A DNA stretch of 64,000 nt from Candidatus Hydrothermarchaeum profundi (GCA_002011125.2 MTMF02000009.1:776989-840988), one strand, 5' to 3'; shown: positions 9,230 to 18,069, numbered from the stretch's first letter. The notes: generated by a model not told the origin, from the letters alone. Program-made: numbers and translations.

Positions 9230-11733
9230 GTTGCAGAAGTCGATCTAGTAAAACAAGGATTGAAACAGTCTACAGGGTCGCTAGTAGTTAAGGATACTAA
9301 TAGTTGCAGAAGTCGATCTAGTAAAACAAGGATTGAAACATGTTCCACAATCTAGAATATGAGCGAGAAATTCTTTGTTGCAGAAGTCGATCTAGTAAAA
9401 CAAGGATTGAAACCTTATACATCAGGCCATGTTCAACAAAATTACTGCACGTTGCAGAAGTCGATCTAGTAAAACAAGGATTGAAACAACTCAAACGAGG
9501 CACGTGCTTTGGCGGCCTCGTAGTGTTGCAGAAGTCGATCTAGTAAAACAAGGATTGAAACATCGAAGACGGAGTTGACAAAAACTCCAGCCTTTTCGTT
9601 GCAGAAGTCGATCTAGTAAAACAAGGATTGAAACCATAATATACCGAGATATACGAGGATATATAAAAACTTGTTGCAGAAGTCGATCTAGTAAAACAAG
9701 GATTGAAACTCCCAGACGAGATAGACGATACCGACTCTCTATACGTTGCAGAAGTCGATCTAGTAAAACAAGGATTGAAACCACCGGCACAGGCATGGCA
9801 GCCGCCAGGGGATACAGGTTGCAGAAGTCGATCTAGTAAAACAAGGATTGAAACGGGGTATACGTGCACCTCAGCGGCAGGGACGTCGACGAGTTGCAGA
9901 AGTCGATCTAGTAAAACAAGGATTGAAACGTTTCCAAGACTTGATATTTATGTAGATTCCTAGCAGTTGCAGAAGTCGATCTAGTAAAACAAGGATTGAA
10001 ACGTCTCAGTGAGCAGGCGGATAGACTTTGAAGACTACGGTTGCAGAAGTCGATCTAGTAAAACAAGGATTGAAACATGTTGATAGCGATAGTGATTTTG
10101 AGAGCGGATTAAAGAGTTGCAGAAGTCGATCTAGTAAAACAAGGATTGAAACTCTTGAACGGATGCATCTCTCGCCAGTCCCTTATCTCTGTTGCAGAAG
10201 TCGATCTAGTAAAACAAGGATTGAAACACCATAAAGCTATTGTTCAATATTCCGAGTGTAAACAAGTTGCAGAAGTCGATCTAGTAAAACAAGGATTGAA
10301 ACTTGCATTTACCGAGGAGCCTTATCTCAGTGCTTTTACCGTTGCAGAAGTCGATCTAGTAAAACAAGGATTGAAACAATTGCCGGAATTCCAGCCAGTT
10401 CTTTTCTATACGTACAAGTTGCAGAAGTCGATCTAGTAAAACAAGGATTGAAACCACTACGCAAAGGCACTAAGCGTAGGCTTCCAGAGGTAAGTTGCAG
10501 AAGTCGATCTAGTAAAACAAGGATTGAAACACCTTAACCTCTTTTTTTGCCTCAACACTATGAGACTTGTTGCAGAAGTCGATCTAGTAAAACAAGGATT
10601 GAAACTGTGACATACGGTCTTGATATATACACATTAAAGCCTGTTGCAGAAGTCGATCTAGTAAAACAAGGATTGAAACTCCTTAATAGTCTTTCCAACT
10701 CAAAGAAATTATCTTCAGTTGCAGAAGTCGATCTAGTAAAACAAGGATTGAAACATATTTATCAACAGATATTACCTCAAATTTTCTATCAGTTGCAGAA
10801 GTCGATCTAGTAAAACAAGGATTGAAACTGTGACATACGGTCTTGATATATACACATTAAAGCCTGTTGCAGAAGTCGATCTAGTAAAACAAGGATTGAA
10901 ACTCCTTAATAGTCTTTCCAACTCAAAGAAATTATCTTCAGTTGCAGAAGTCGATCTAGTAAAACAAGGATTGAAACATATTTATCAACAGATATTACCT
11001 CAAATTTTCTATCAGTTGCAGAAGTCGATCTAGTAAAACAAGGATTGAAACATCATATAGAGCGTCTAAGAACTTATTCCAATTTCTGTTGCAGAAGTCG
11101 ATCTAGTAAAACAAGGATTGAAACTCCTCACTTAGCTCGATGCCCGCCTCATACTTATCTATAATAGTTGCAGAAGTCGATCTAGTAAAACAAGGATTGA
11201 AACTGCTCGGCATTACTCAGCTCTTCATACCATTCTGTAGCGTTGCAGAAGTCGATCTAGTAAAACAAGGATTGAAACAGATCCTCAAACATATTTCATC
11301 ACTCCTTACATTTTTTTTGTTGCAGAAGTCGATCTAGTAAAACAAGGATTGAAACAAATAATCCAGGATTAAACCAGTATGCTGTTAGCTCATTAGGTTG
11401 CAGAAGTCGATCTAGTAAAACAAGGATTGAAACGGGATTTTCTGCAACTCTCTGTCTAATATCTTTTGTAAGTTGCAGAAGTCGATCTAGTAAAACAAGG
11501 ATTGAAACTGGTGTAGCTTCGTGTTGTGTCAAATTTAATATCCTCGTTGCAGAAGTCGATCTAGTAAAACAAGGATTGAAACAATTCATTTTTCAATTTC
11601 CAAACTCTTGGCGTCTTTTTGTTGCAGAAGTCGATCTAGTAAAACAAGGATTGAAACCCTGCCAAGCCTTTCAACGTTGCAATCTGAACTGGCAGAGTTG
11701 CAGAAGTCGATCTAGTAAAACAAGGATTGAAAC
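9230..11733 (+). CRISPR. CRISPR array, 34 identical 37-bp repeats GTTGCAGAAGTCGATCTAGTAAAACAAGGATTGAAAC and 33 spacers (about 35-42 bp)
   Basis: Repeats read directly; the 3' ATTGAAAC handle and leader position give + orientation. Confidence 0.99.
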
Positions 11734-11811
11734 GGGTGGAGTAGAGTTATAAGTGTTGGAGTTAATTATCATGAATAGAGTATCTTCTACTCTAGCAGAG
11801 GAGAATGGTAT

Positions 11812-12120
11812 ATGGAGCCTAAAAGAATCAAAGAACTCGTTGAAAATGATGACTTCGTTATTTCGAGCCACGCAAGAACGAGAATGTTCCAGAGGAATGT
11901 CTCTACTGATGAGATTAAAAGCATTATACTCCTCGGTGAAGTAATTGAGGAGTACCCAGATGACGAGCCCTGTCCTTCGGTCCTAATCTTAGGTTTTCTA
12001 AAGGATGCTCCCTACCATGTTGTTGTGGCAGAATGCTTAGACCATGTTAGGATAATAACAGTTTATAACCCAGAAGCGGATAAATGGGTTGACTACCGGA
12101 AAAGGAGGAGCCGAAATTGA
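11812..12120 (+). CDS. DUF4258 family toxin
   Basis: SSHARTRMFQRN, GEVIEEYPDD, PYHVVVA and IITVYNP motifs. Confidence 0.85.
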   Translation: MEPKRIKELVENDDFVISSHARTRMFQRNVSTDEIKSIILLGEVIEEYPDDEPCPSVLILGFLKDAPYHVVVAECLDHVRIITVYNPEADKWVDYRKRRSRN

Positions 12121-12362
12121 AGCCTAGGAAATGTGGCCTGTGTAAGGGAAGACTTCAAAAAGGAAAAACGGAATTCACAGTAAAGGTTGAGAAGACGATC
12201 CTCTCTATTAAGGATGTGCCAGCCTATGTATGTCAGGAGTGTGGAGAGGCCTACTTCACCCCAAGGATCTCGCGGAAGATCGACAAGGTAATGAAGGAGT
12301 TTCACGAAGGCAGACTTTTGGCTTATCCAATCGCTGCTGGAGAAATCAGGCTCGAAGCCTAA
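12117..12362 (+). CDS. YgiT-type zinc finger (MqsA-like) antitoxin
   Basis: CGLC...DVPAYVCQECGEAYF. Confidence 0.88.
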   Translation: MKPRKCGLCKGRLQKGKTEFTVKVEKTILSIKDVPAYVCQECGEAYFTPRISRKIDKVMKEFHEGRLLAYPIAAGEIRLEA

Positions 12363-12403
12363 AAAGTTTTAGCTATTTTTATCTATTGATTCTAAGTATC
12401 CAA

Positions 12404-12590
12404 TTTGCAGGTTAAATACTAGAGGGAGTTATTAGATTGAGGCTATATACTGGGAGGTTATTAATAGCCTCAGTAAGTTCTATGATTCCGTTGCAGAAGT
12501 CGATCTAGTAAAAGGAATTGGAATGCTCTCGTCAACGAAAGCAAACTCCAGTGCTTATTCAGGTTGTAAAAGTTAATTTCGTAATTTTTC
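12404..12590 (+). CRISPR. Degenerate repeats, detached array end or mini-array
   Basis: 12490-12513 is identical to the first 24 nt of the repeat; weaker copies at 12404-12443 and from 12563. Confidence 0.6.
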
Positions 12591-12685
12591 TGTATAATAG
12601 ACTCTAATTTTGATGAAAATAACTTCTTCACTTTCCTTCCAAAAAGGTTTCAATATAGAAATCTAGTTAGACGATATTTTTCTAT

Positions 12686-12707
12686 AACTCTATATATCTA
12701 TAGAGTT
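12686..12707. promoter_or_regulatory. Palindromic operator upstream of vapB
   Basis: AACTCTATA-TATC-TATAGAGTT. Confidence 0.5.
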
Positions 12708-12909
12708 GAAGATTATGTCTACCACAATAATGGTTCGTGAGGATCTCATGAAGATGCTTAACAAATTGAAAAAGGAGACCGGAGCAAAAAGCTATGACGA
12801 GTTGCTAAGGAAGCTACTAAAGAGAGCGAAGAGATTGGAAAAAACCCATTTTGGGACTCTGCCGGATATTAAGAGCTTTGAGAGGGAGGAACTTGACCGT
12901 TTTGATTGA
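12706..12909 (+). CDS. vapB: VapB-type antitoxin (RHH)
   Basis: STTIMV..., KSYDELL; overlaps the PIN gene. Confidence 0.8.
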   Translation: MKIMSTTIMVREDLMKMLNKLKKETGAKSYDELLRKLLKRAKRLEKTHFGTLPDIKSFEREELDRFD

Positions 12910-13267
12910 CTCTTGGGCCTGGATAGAATATTTTAAAGGCTCGGAGGCAGGGGCTAAAGCGAGGAAAATCATCGAGGGCGATGAGGAGTCCATCGTGAGC
13001 ACGATAAACCTGGCAGAGGTCTACCAATGGATTCTCAGGTTTTATGGTGAAAAGACTGCAGATGAGAAGATAGAGGTTATTAAAAAGAGGTGTTTTGTGG
13101 TAGATGTTGACCCAGAAATTGCGATAGCTAGTGCAATGATTAAGCACGATATGGAATTTGGTTTGGGCGATGCTATCGTGCTAGCTACTGCCAGGCGTGA
13201 GAATGCTAAGGTGTTGACAGGCGACCCAGATTTTGAAAACCTGGAAGATGCGGTATGGCTTGGTTAG
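12893..13267 (+). CDS. vapC: VapC PIN-domain toxin
   Basis: LIDSWAWIEY, GDAIVLATA and LTGDPDF motifs; probable TTG start. Confidence 0.9.
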   Translation: MTVLIDSWAWIEYFKGSEAGAKARKIIEGDEESIVSTINLAEVYQWILRFYGEKTADEKIEVIKKRCFVVDVDPEIAIASAMIKHDMEFGLGDAIVLATARRENAKVLTGDPDFENLEDAVWLG

Positions 13268-13320
13268 GCTCCGTTATAGAATCCTGAAGCACTTAAAAGT
13301 TATCTGGAGGTGAGCTAAAA

Positions 13321-13449
13321 TTGAGATACTGTCCGCTACTTAACAAGCCTTGTGATACTAAATGTGAGTGGCGAAGGGAAGATAAGTGCGTACTGCATGT
13401 TATTGCAGACGCTGTCGGAGAGATTGCGTTGTCTTCACCGATAATTTAA
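13321..13449 (+). CDS. Small Cys-rich protein (42 aa), below the ORF-track cutoff
   Basis: GGAGGTGA RBS then TTG; MRYCPLLNKPCDTKCEWRREDKC... Confidence 0.55.
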   Translation: MRYCPLLNKPCDTKCEWRREDKCVLHVIADAVGEIALSSPII

Positions 13450-13454
13450 ATAAA

Positions 13455-13775
13455 TTAAATATACTCTGAATTCTTCAACACTCTTGCTTTATAGGGGCCT
13501 GAAAATATTTCTAAGTTAAGGATTTCTTCCTCACTTATGATTGAAGGGTCATAAATAATGGTCCCAGAGTTATTCTTCTGACTTATTTCTGCTCTCAGTA
13601 TGCCATGCGTATTCGTCAGGTACGCCTGAATGGTAGCAGCGCAACTTGGACAAGTCATACCCTCTATCTCAAGCTCGAGGAGTCTGGCATTCGACGGTAT
13701 CTCCTTAGTCTGGGTTTCTGCAGAGCCGACACATCCTATAAAAAATAGTAGCAAGATTAAGATAACTCTTTTCAT
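13455..13775 (-). CDS. HMA-domain lipoprotein (MerP/CopZ-like, exported)
   Basis: Signal peptide with lipobox FIGC; GMTCPSC. Confidence 0.85.
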   Translation of the reverse strand: MKRVILILLLFFIGCVGSAETQTKEIPSNARLLELEIEGMTCPSCAATIQAYLTNTHGILRAEISQKNNSGTIIYDPSIISEEEILNLEIFSGPYKARVLKNSEYI

Positions 13776-14554
13776 GTCATCACCACAGAAAAAGCTAGGT
13801 AAATCCCAACAACAGCTATTATGATTCCGCTGAATTTCTTTATTCTATTAGTTGAAACAGCTAAATTCCTTATTAAAGTGTCCTTTGAGTATGCTACTAG
13901 GTACGAGACCGTCACCATGAGGATCGCTTTTGCTAGAGCATAGCTTAAAAAAGCTAAGAGTCCAATAGAGAGCATTCTGTTAAACAATGGGTAGATAACC
14001 AATACTAGGAAAATTGGGAGAGTACATCCAAGCGCAGTAGCTCCATAGGCTATCCCAAACAAAAAGAATGGCAATGGTCCACCGTCTTTACTCTTAGAAT
14101 ATAATCTACCAGCAGCAGAGCTAAGATTGTCAAGATAAAATGAGCCAGTATAAAGTAGGACACCTAAAAAGATGAAAATAAAGCCAATAAAAGGCTTAAA
14201 ATACACTAAAAGGGGGCTTATAGCAGACCCTAAGATTGAGAATAGCACTCCTAGAATCAAGTAGAAACAGAGTATCCCAGATGCTGTTGCCAGCCCCAAA
14301 TAAGCAGGACCTATACTCCTTCTTGTATCTAACCCCAAGTAATAGGAAGCATATCCTGGGAGAAGAGCAAAAGCGCAAGGAGCAAAAAAAGATGCTATAC
14401 CAGCGAGGAATGCAAACAAGAGAAAAAAAGCATCACTTTGCTTTATTCTTCCTACCTCATGCAGTACAAAGTTGTTCCATAGATACCAGCCTGCAACCAT
14501 AAGAAGAGCGAAGCCTATGGTGACGTTTAATAAAAAAGTATATTCTCTTTTCAT
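13772..14554 (-). CDS. CcdA/DsbD-like transmembrane thiol-redox protein
   Basis: FFAPCAFALLP and ALGCTLP Cys pair; multiple TM helices. Confidence 0.85.
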   Translation of the reverse strand: MKREYTFLLNVTIGFALLMVAGWYLWNNFVLHEVGRIKQSDAFFLLFAFLAGIASFFAPCAFALLPGYASYYLGLDTRRSIGPAYLGLATASGILCFYLILGVLFSILGSAISPLLVYFKPFIGFIFIFLGVLLYTGSFYLDNLSSAAGRLYSKSKDGGPLPFFLFGIAYGATALGCTLPIFLVLVIYPLFNRMLSIGLLAFLSYALAKAILMVTVSYLVAYSKDTLIRNLAVSTNRIKKFSGIIIAVVGIYLAFSVVMT

Positions 14555-14865
14555 GCTACTATATACCCATGATTGAGGAGGGCCTGCCTAAACTCTGAAT
14601 CTTTGGTCTTGGAGGGATCAAAGGAAACTTCTACAAGCTTTGTTTTAATATCTACCTTAACCTCATAAGCACCATCGAATTCTAGGATAATTTTTTTAAT
14701 GGTTCTCGCGCAGCCCTCACATGCCATATTTTCAACTTTAAAACTAACTGTCTGTAGTGGATAACCTTCAGACAGAGTTTTAGCATCTTCTCTGCTCTCA
14801 CTTGAAGATCGACGCAGAAGGGAAAATAGTTTAGCTAACATCATCATCAGCGGATTAGATAACAT
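14551..14865 (-). CDS. HMA-domain metal chaperone (CopZ-like)
   Basis: NMACEGC motif. Confidence 0.8.
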   Translation of the reverse strand: MLSNPLMMMLAKLFSLLRRSSSESREDAKTLSEGYPLQTVSFKVENMACEGCARTIKKIILEFDGAYEVKVDIKTKLVEVSFDPSKTKDSEFRQALLNHGYIVA

Positions 14866-14883
14866 TTACGAAAATTTTCGTAA
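14866..14883. promoter_or_regulatory. Perfect 18-bp palindromic operator between divergent metal genes
   Basis: TTACGAAAATTTTCGTAA. Confidence 0.75.
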
Positions 14884-14905
14884 CGGTAATAAATTATTTG
14901 TATAT

Positions 14906-15457
14906 ATGGCTGAAATCTTTCAAAAGCCGGTTAAGGTGAAAAATCTAATTGCGTTGGATGTGAGTAAGGCTCGGGCACTAGAAGATCCTCTCCGCATCAG
15001 GATACTTGACTTCCTCATACAAAAACCGATGTCTATCGAAGACCTAGCTAAGGAACTAAAGGAGAGAGGGATCGAAAAAGCTCCAACAACTATTAGGCAT
15101 CATATTGAAATTCTCAAAAAAGCAGGACTCATAGAGCTTACTAGACTAAAAGAAGCAAGGGGAGGCATGTTGAAATATTATGCTTCTAACACCAAAATAC
15201 TAAACTACAAAATTCCAGAAGACTTCGATGATAGGCTGAAGACATCTATTGAAAAAGCTAGAGAGGAAGTTAAACACCTGCTGGCAAAACTGCTTCAAGA
15301 ACATGGTGAAGAAATAAAAGCAGTTGCAGAGGACCTGAAACCGTGCCCTTATTGCAGCACCCAACACTTTATTGAGTACGTGTTAATCCAAATCCTAAAT
15401 AGGGCATTGGTGGAAGCTCTCCAGGAGCACAGATATCCTGCTCTAGAGGGAATGTGA
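14906..15457 (+). CDS. ArsR-family transcriptional regulator with C-terminal CPYC metal site
   Basis: ALEDPLRIRIL, TIRHHIEILKKAGLI and PCPYC..QH motifs. Confidence 0.85.
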   Translation: MAEIFQKPVKVKNLIALDVSKARALEDPLRIRILDFLIQKPMSIEDLAKELKERGIEKAPTTIRHHIEILKKAGLIELTRLKEARGGMLKYYASNTKILNYKIPEDFDDRLKTSIEKAREEVKHLLAKLLQEHGEEIKAVAEDLKPCPYCSTQHFIEYVLIQILNRALVEALQEHRYPALEGM

Positions 15458-17859
15458 TGGAAAAACATCACATAAGGATAGGAAGGATGTCCTGTTCGTT
15501 TTGTGCAGAGACCATCAAGAAAGCTCTTACCAGGGTAGATGGAGTAAGCAAAGTGAATGTAAGCCTTGCCCATGAAGAGGCTCTTATAGAATACGATCCA
15601 GAGAAGGTTGACGCTGGGAGATTGGATGAGATATTGATGCAACTTGGGTATACTGTCCGTGACCCAAGGAAAATGAGGACTTTTGAAGAGGAAGAAGTTG
15701 AAATAAAACGAGAGAAACAGAGGCTTCTTATATCGGCTGTTTTTACTGGCGTAGCAGTGGTATTGATGATCCTCATGCGGTTAGGATACCAGCACCTCTG
15801 GTTCAAGTGGCTGATGATGGGGCTGGCACTAATGACAGTATTTGGCCCGGGATTTTACATTTTGAAGATGGCACTTTACTCTCTCCGCAGAGGAATATTG
15901 AATCAGCACGTGCTATTAGAGTTTGGAGCGTTTGCGGGACTAACGGGTGGATTCGTGGGATTCCTCATAAAGGACTTCCCAATTGCTGACTTCTTCGCCG
16001 TAGCTGTTTTTATTACAACTTATCATATTCTCTCAGGTTATACATCGTTGATCGTCCGTACCCGCGCCTCGCAAGCCGTGAGAAAATTGCTGGATCTTCA
16101 GCCACAGAAGGCTAGAGTAATCAGAGACGGTAAAGAGAAAATGGTGCCGATTGAGGGGGTAGTGAAAGGAGATTTGGTGAGCATACGTCCGGGTGAAAGA
16201 ATCCCTGTCGATGGAGAAGTAATAGACGGTTATTCTGCTGTAGATGAGAGCATAGTAACTGGTGAATCTATTCCCATTGATAAGAAACTAGGTGACGAGG
16301 TAATCGGAGGATCATATAATCAGCTAGGAAATCTCTTAGTGAGGGTTTCACGGATAGGCGAAGAAAGCTTCCTCCAGCAAATTGCCAGACACATCGAGGA
16401 AGCCAGGGCAATGAAGCCAGGAATTGTTCAAGTAGTAGACAAAGTACTCAAGTATTATGTTCCAGTAGTACTATTATTTGCTGCTGCAGGCATGGTAATC
16501 TGGACAGTAGGAGCATGGCTAATCAAAGGAGAGACAAACCTTATCCGGGGCACTTTTGCTGCACTCGCCGTTTTAATAATGGGCTATCCATGTGCTCTTG
16601 GAATGGCTACGCCTCTAGCGATGATCCGTGGGGGCGGATTAGCTGCGGAAAAAGGGATCTTAATGCGCTCTAGCAACGCATTTCAGGCTTTTAAAGAAGT
16701 CAAAAAGCTGATACTCGATAAAACAGGCACTATAACGAAGGGAAAGCCGGAGGTAACTGAGGTTGTATCTTTAAGTAAGATTCCAGATAGGGAGATAATT
16801 ATGATGGCAGCATCAGTTGAAAAGCATTCAGAGCATCCTCTTGGCAAGTCTGTAGTGGAGCACGCACAGAGCCTAGGCGTTGAGTTAAAGAAAGTCAAAA
16901 AATTTTCAGCTGTTCCAGGCGAAGGCGTACGAGCAGAAATGGGTGGGAAAGTTATCCGAGTAGGAAGTCTAAGGTATCTAAAAAAGGAGGGAGTATTAAT
17001 ATCTAGAGGTTCTCAGGAGGCTAAAGCTCTCGAACAGCAAGGGAAAACCGTAATAGCAGTTTCAGTAGGCAGAGAACTTGTAGGTCTCATAGCAGTAGCT
17101 GATGCATTGAAGGAGGATGCGGTAGAAGCCATTCGCAGAATAAAAGAAGCCGGTTTAGAGCCTGTGATGATAACTGGGGATAATCAGCTGATAGCACGTG
17201 TAGTGGCAAATGCTGTCGGCATTGAAGAGGTGATAGCTGAAGTTTTGCCCGAGGAAAAGGCGGAGAAAATAAGAAAGTTGCAGGAAGATGGCTACCGAGT
17301 AGCTATGGTGGGAGACGGAATAAATGATGCTCCTGCTCTTATGCAGGCAGATATTGGCATTGCTATTGGAACTGGGACAGATATAGCTATAGAATCTGCA
17401 GATGTGGTCTTAATCGGTGGAAGTTTAAACGCTATTGTGGATGCCTATTATATTGGAAAAAACTCCTATAAGAAGACGGTTCAGAATCTTATCCTCGCCT
17501 TTAGTTTTAACGGCATAGGTGTGCCAGCAGCTACTACAGGGCTAGTACACCCTGTCTGGGCGATGGTTGCAATGGTAGCTAGCGTGAGCACAGTGTTATT
17601 GAACTCCTTTGGCGGTAGACTATTGCCTACCCGGAGAAAATTTAATAAAGAACTTAGAAAAGTCACTTTCAGAGTCCCGACTATGCACTGCGAGAAATGT
17701 CTCTCTACTATCGCAAAAAGATTATCCGAAATAGAGGGAGTAAACGACATCAAAGGAAGTGTATTAGAGAAGACAGTTACAGTAACCTGTGATGGTAAGA
17801 GAGGTCTAGAGAAAAAACTAAGAGAAGAAATAACAAAACTAGGCCATGTAGCTGGCTGA
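15454..17859 (+). CDS. copA: P1B-type heavy-metal-translocating ATPase (CopA-like)
   Basis: N- and C-terminal HMA, TGES, YPCALG, DKTGT, SEHP and GDGINDAP motifs. Confidence 0.92.
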   Translation: MMEKHHIRIGRMSCSFCAETIKKALTRVDGVSKVNVSLAHEEALIEYDPEKVDAGRLDEILMQLGYTVRDPRKMRTFEEEEVEIKREKQRLLISAVFTGVAVVLMILMRLGYQHLWFKWLMMGLALMTVFGPGFYILKMALYSLRRGILNQHVLLEFGAFAGLTGGFVGFLIKDFPIADFFAVAVFITTYHILSGYTSLIVRTRASQAVRKLLDLQPQKARVIRDGKEKMVPIEGVVKGDLVSIRPGERIPVDGEVIDGYSAVDESIVTGESIPIDKKLGDEVIGGSYNQLGNLLVRVSRIGEESFLQQIARHIEEARAMKPGIVQVVDKVLKYYVPVVLLFAAAGMVIWTVGAWLIKGETNLIRGTFAALAVLIMGYPCALGMATPLAMIRGGGLAAEKGILMRSSNAFQAFKEVKKLILDKTGTITKGKPEVTEVVSLSKIPDREIIMMAASVEKHSEHPLGKSVVEHAQSLGVELKKVKKFSAVPGEGVRAEMGGKVIRVGSLRYLKKEGVLISRGSQEAKALEQQGKTVIAVSVGRELVGLIAVADALKEDAVEAIRRIKEAGLEPVMITGDNQLIARVVANAVGIEEVIAEVLPEEKAEKIRKLQEDGYRVAMVGDGINDAPALMQADIGIAIGTGTDIAIESADVVLIGGSLNAIVDAYYIGKNSYKKTVQNLILAFSFNGIGVPAATTGLVHPVWAMVAMVASVSTVLLNSFGGRLLPTRRKFNKELRKVTFRVPTMHCEKCLSTIAKRLSEIEGVNDIKGSVLEKTVTVTCDGKRGLEKKLREEITKLGHVAG

Positions 17860-18069
17860 GCTCCTTATATACGAAAAATACAGTTAACATTTTCAGACCA
17901 TGATGAACGAATATTCTAGTGCTAGCTAAATTAGGGTTATCTTAAAACCTAAAGACAAATAGACCCAAGTAAGTCTTACTAATCCTCCTAAATATTTTTT
18001 AATTGTTTTTTAGTAAAGAATGATATTATTATAATTAATTATTTTATTGTTAAATAATTATACAATTAT

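Noticed and set aside
9488-9524. Spacer 4 reads NSNEARALAAS*, resembling a tmRNA tag
   Set aside because: A short coincidental similarity in an archaeal spacer; the reverse frame (YEAAKARASFE) is equally plausible
9267-11696. Self-targeting spacers within the window
   Set aside because: No convincing full-length match was seen by eye; an alignment search would be needed to exclude it
9160-11871. Many short ORFs on both strands with VAEVDLVKQGLK or VSILVLLDRLLQ repeats
   Set aside because: They are translations of the CRISPR repeat, not genes
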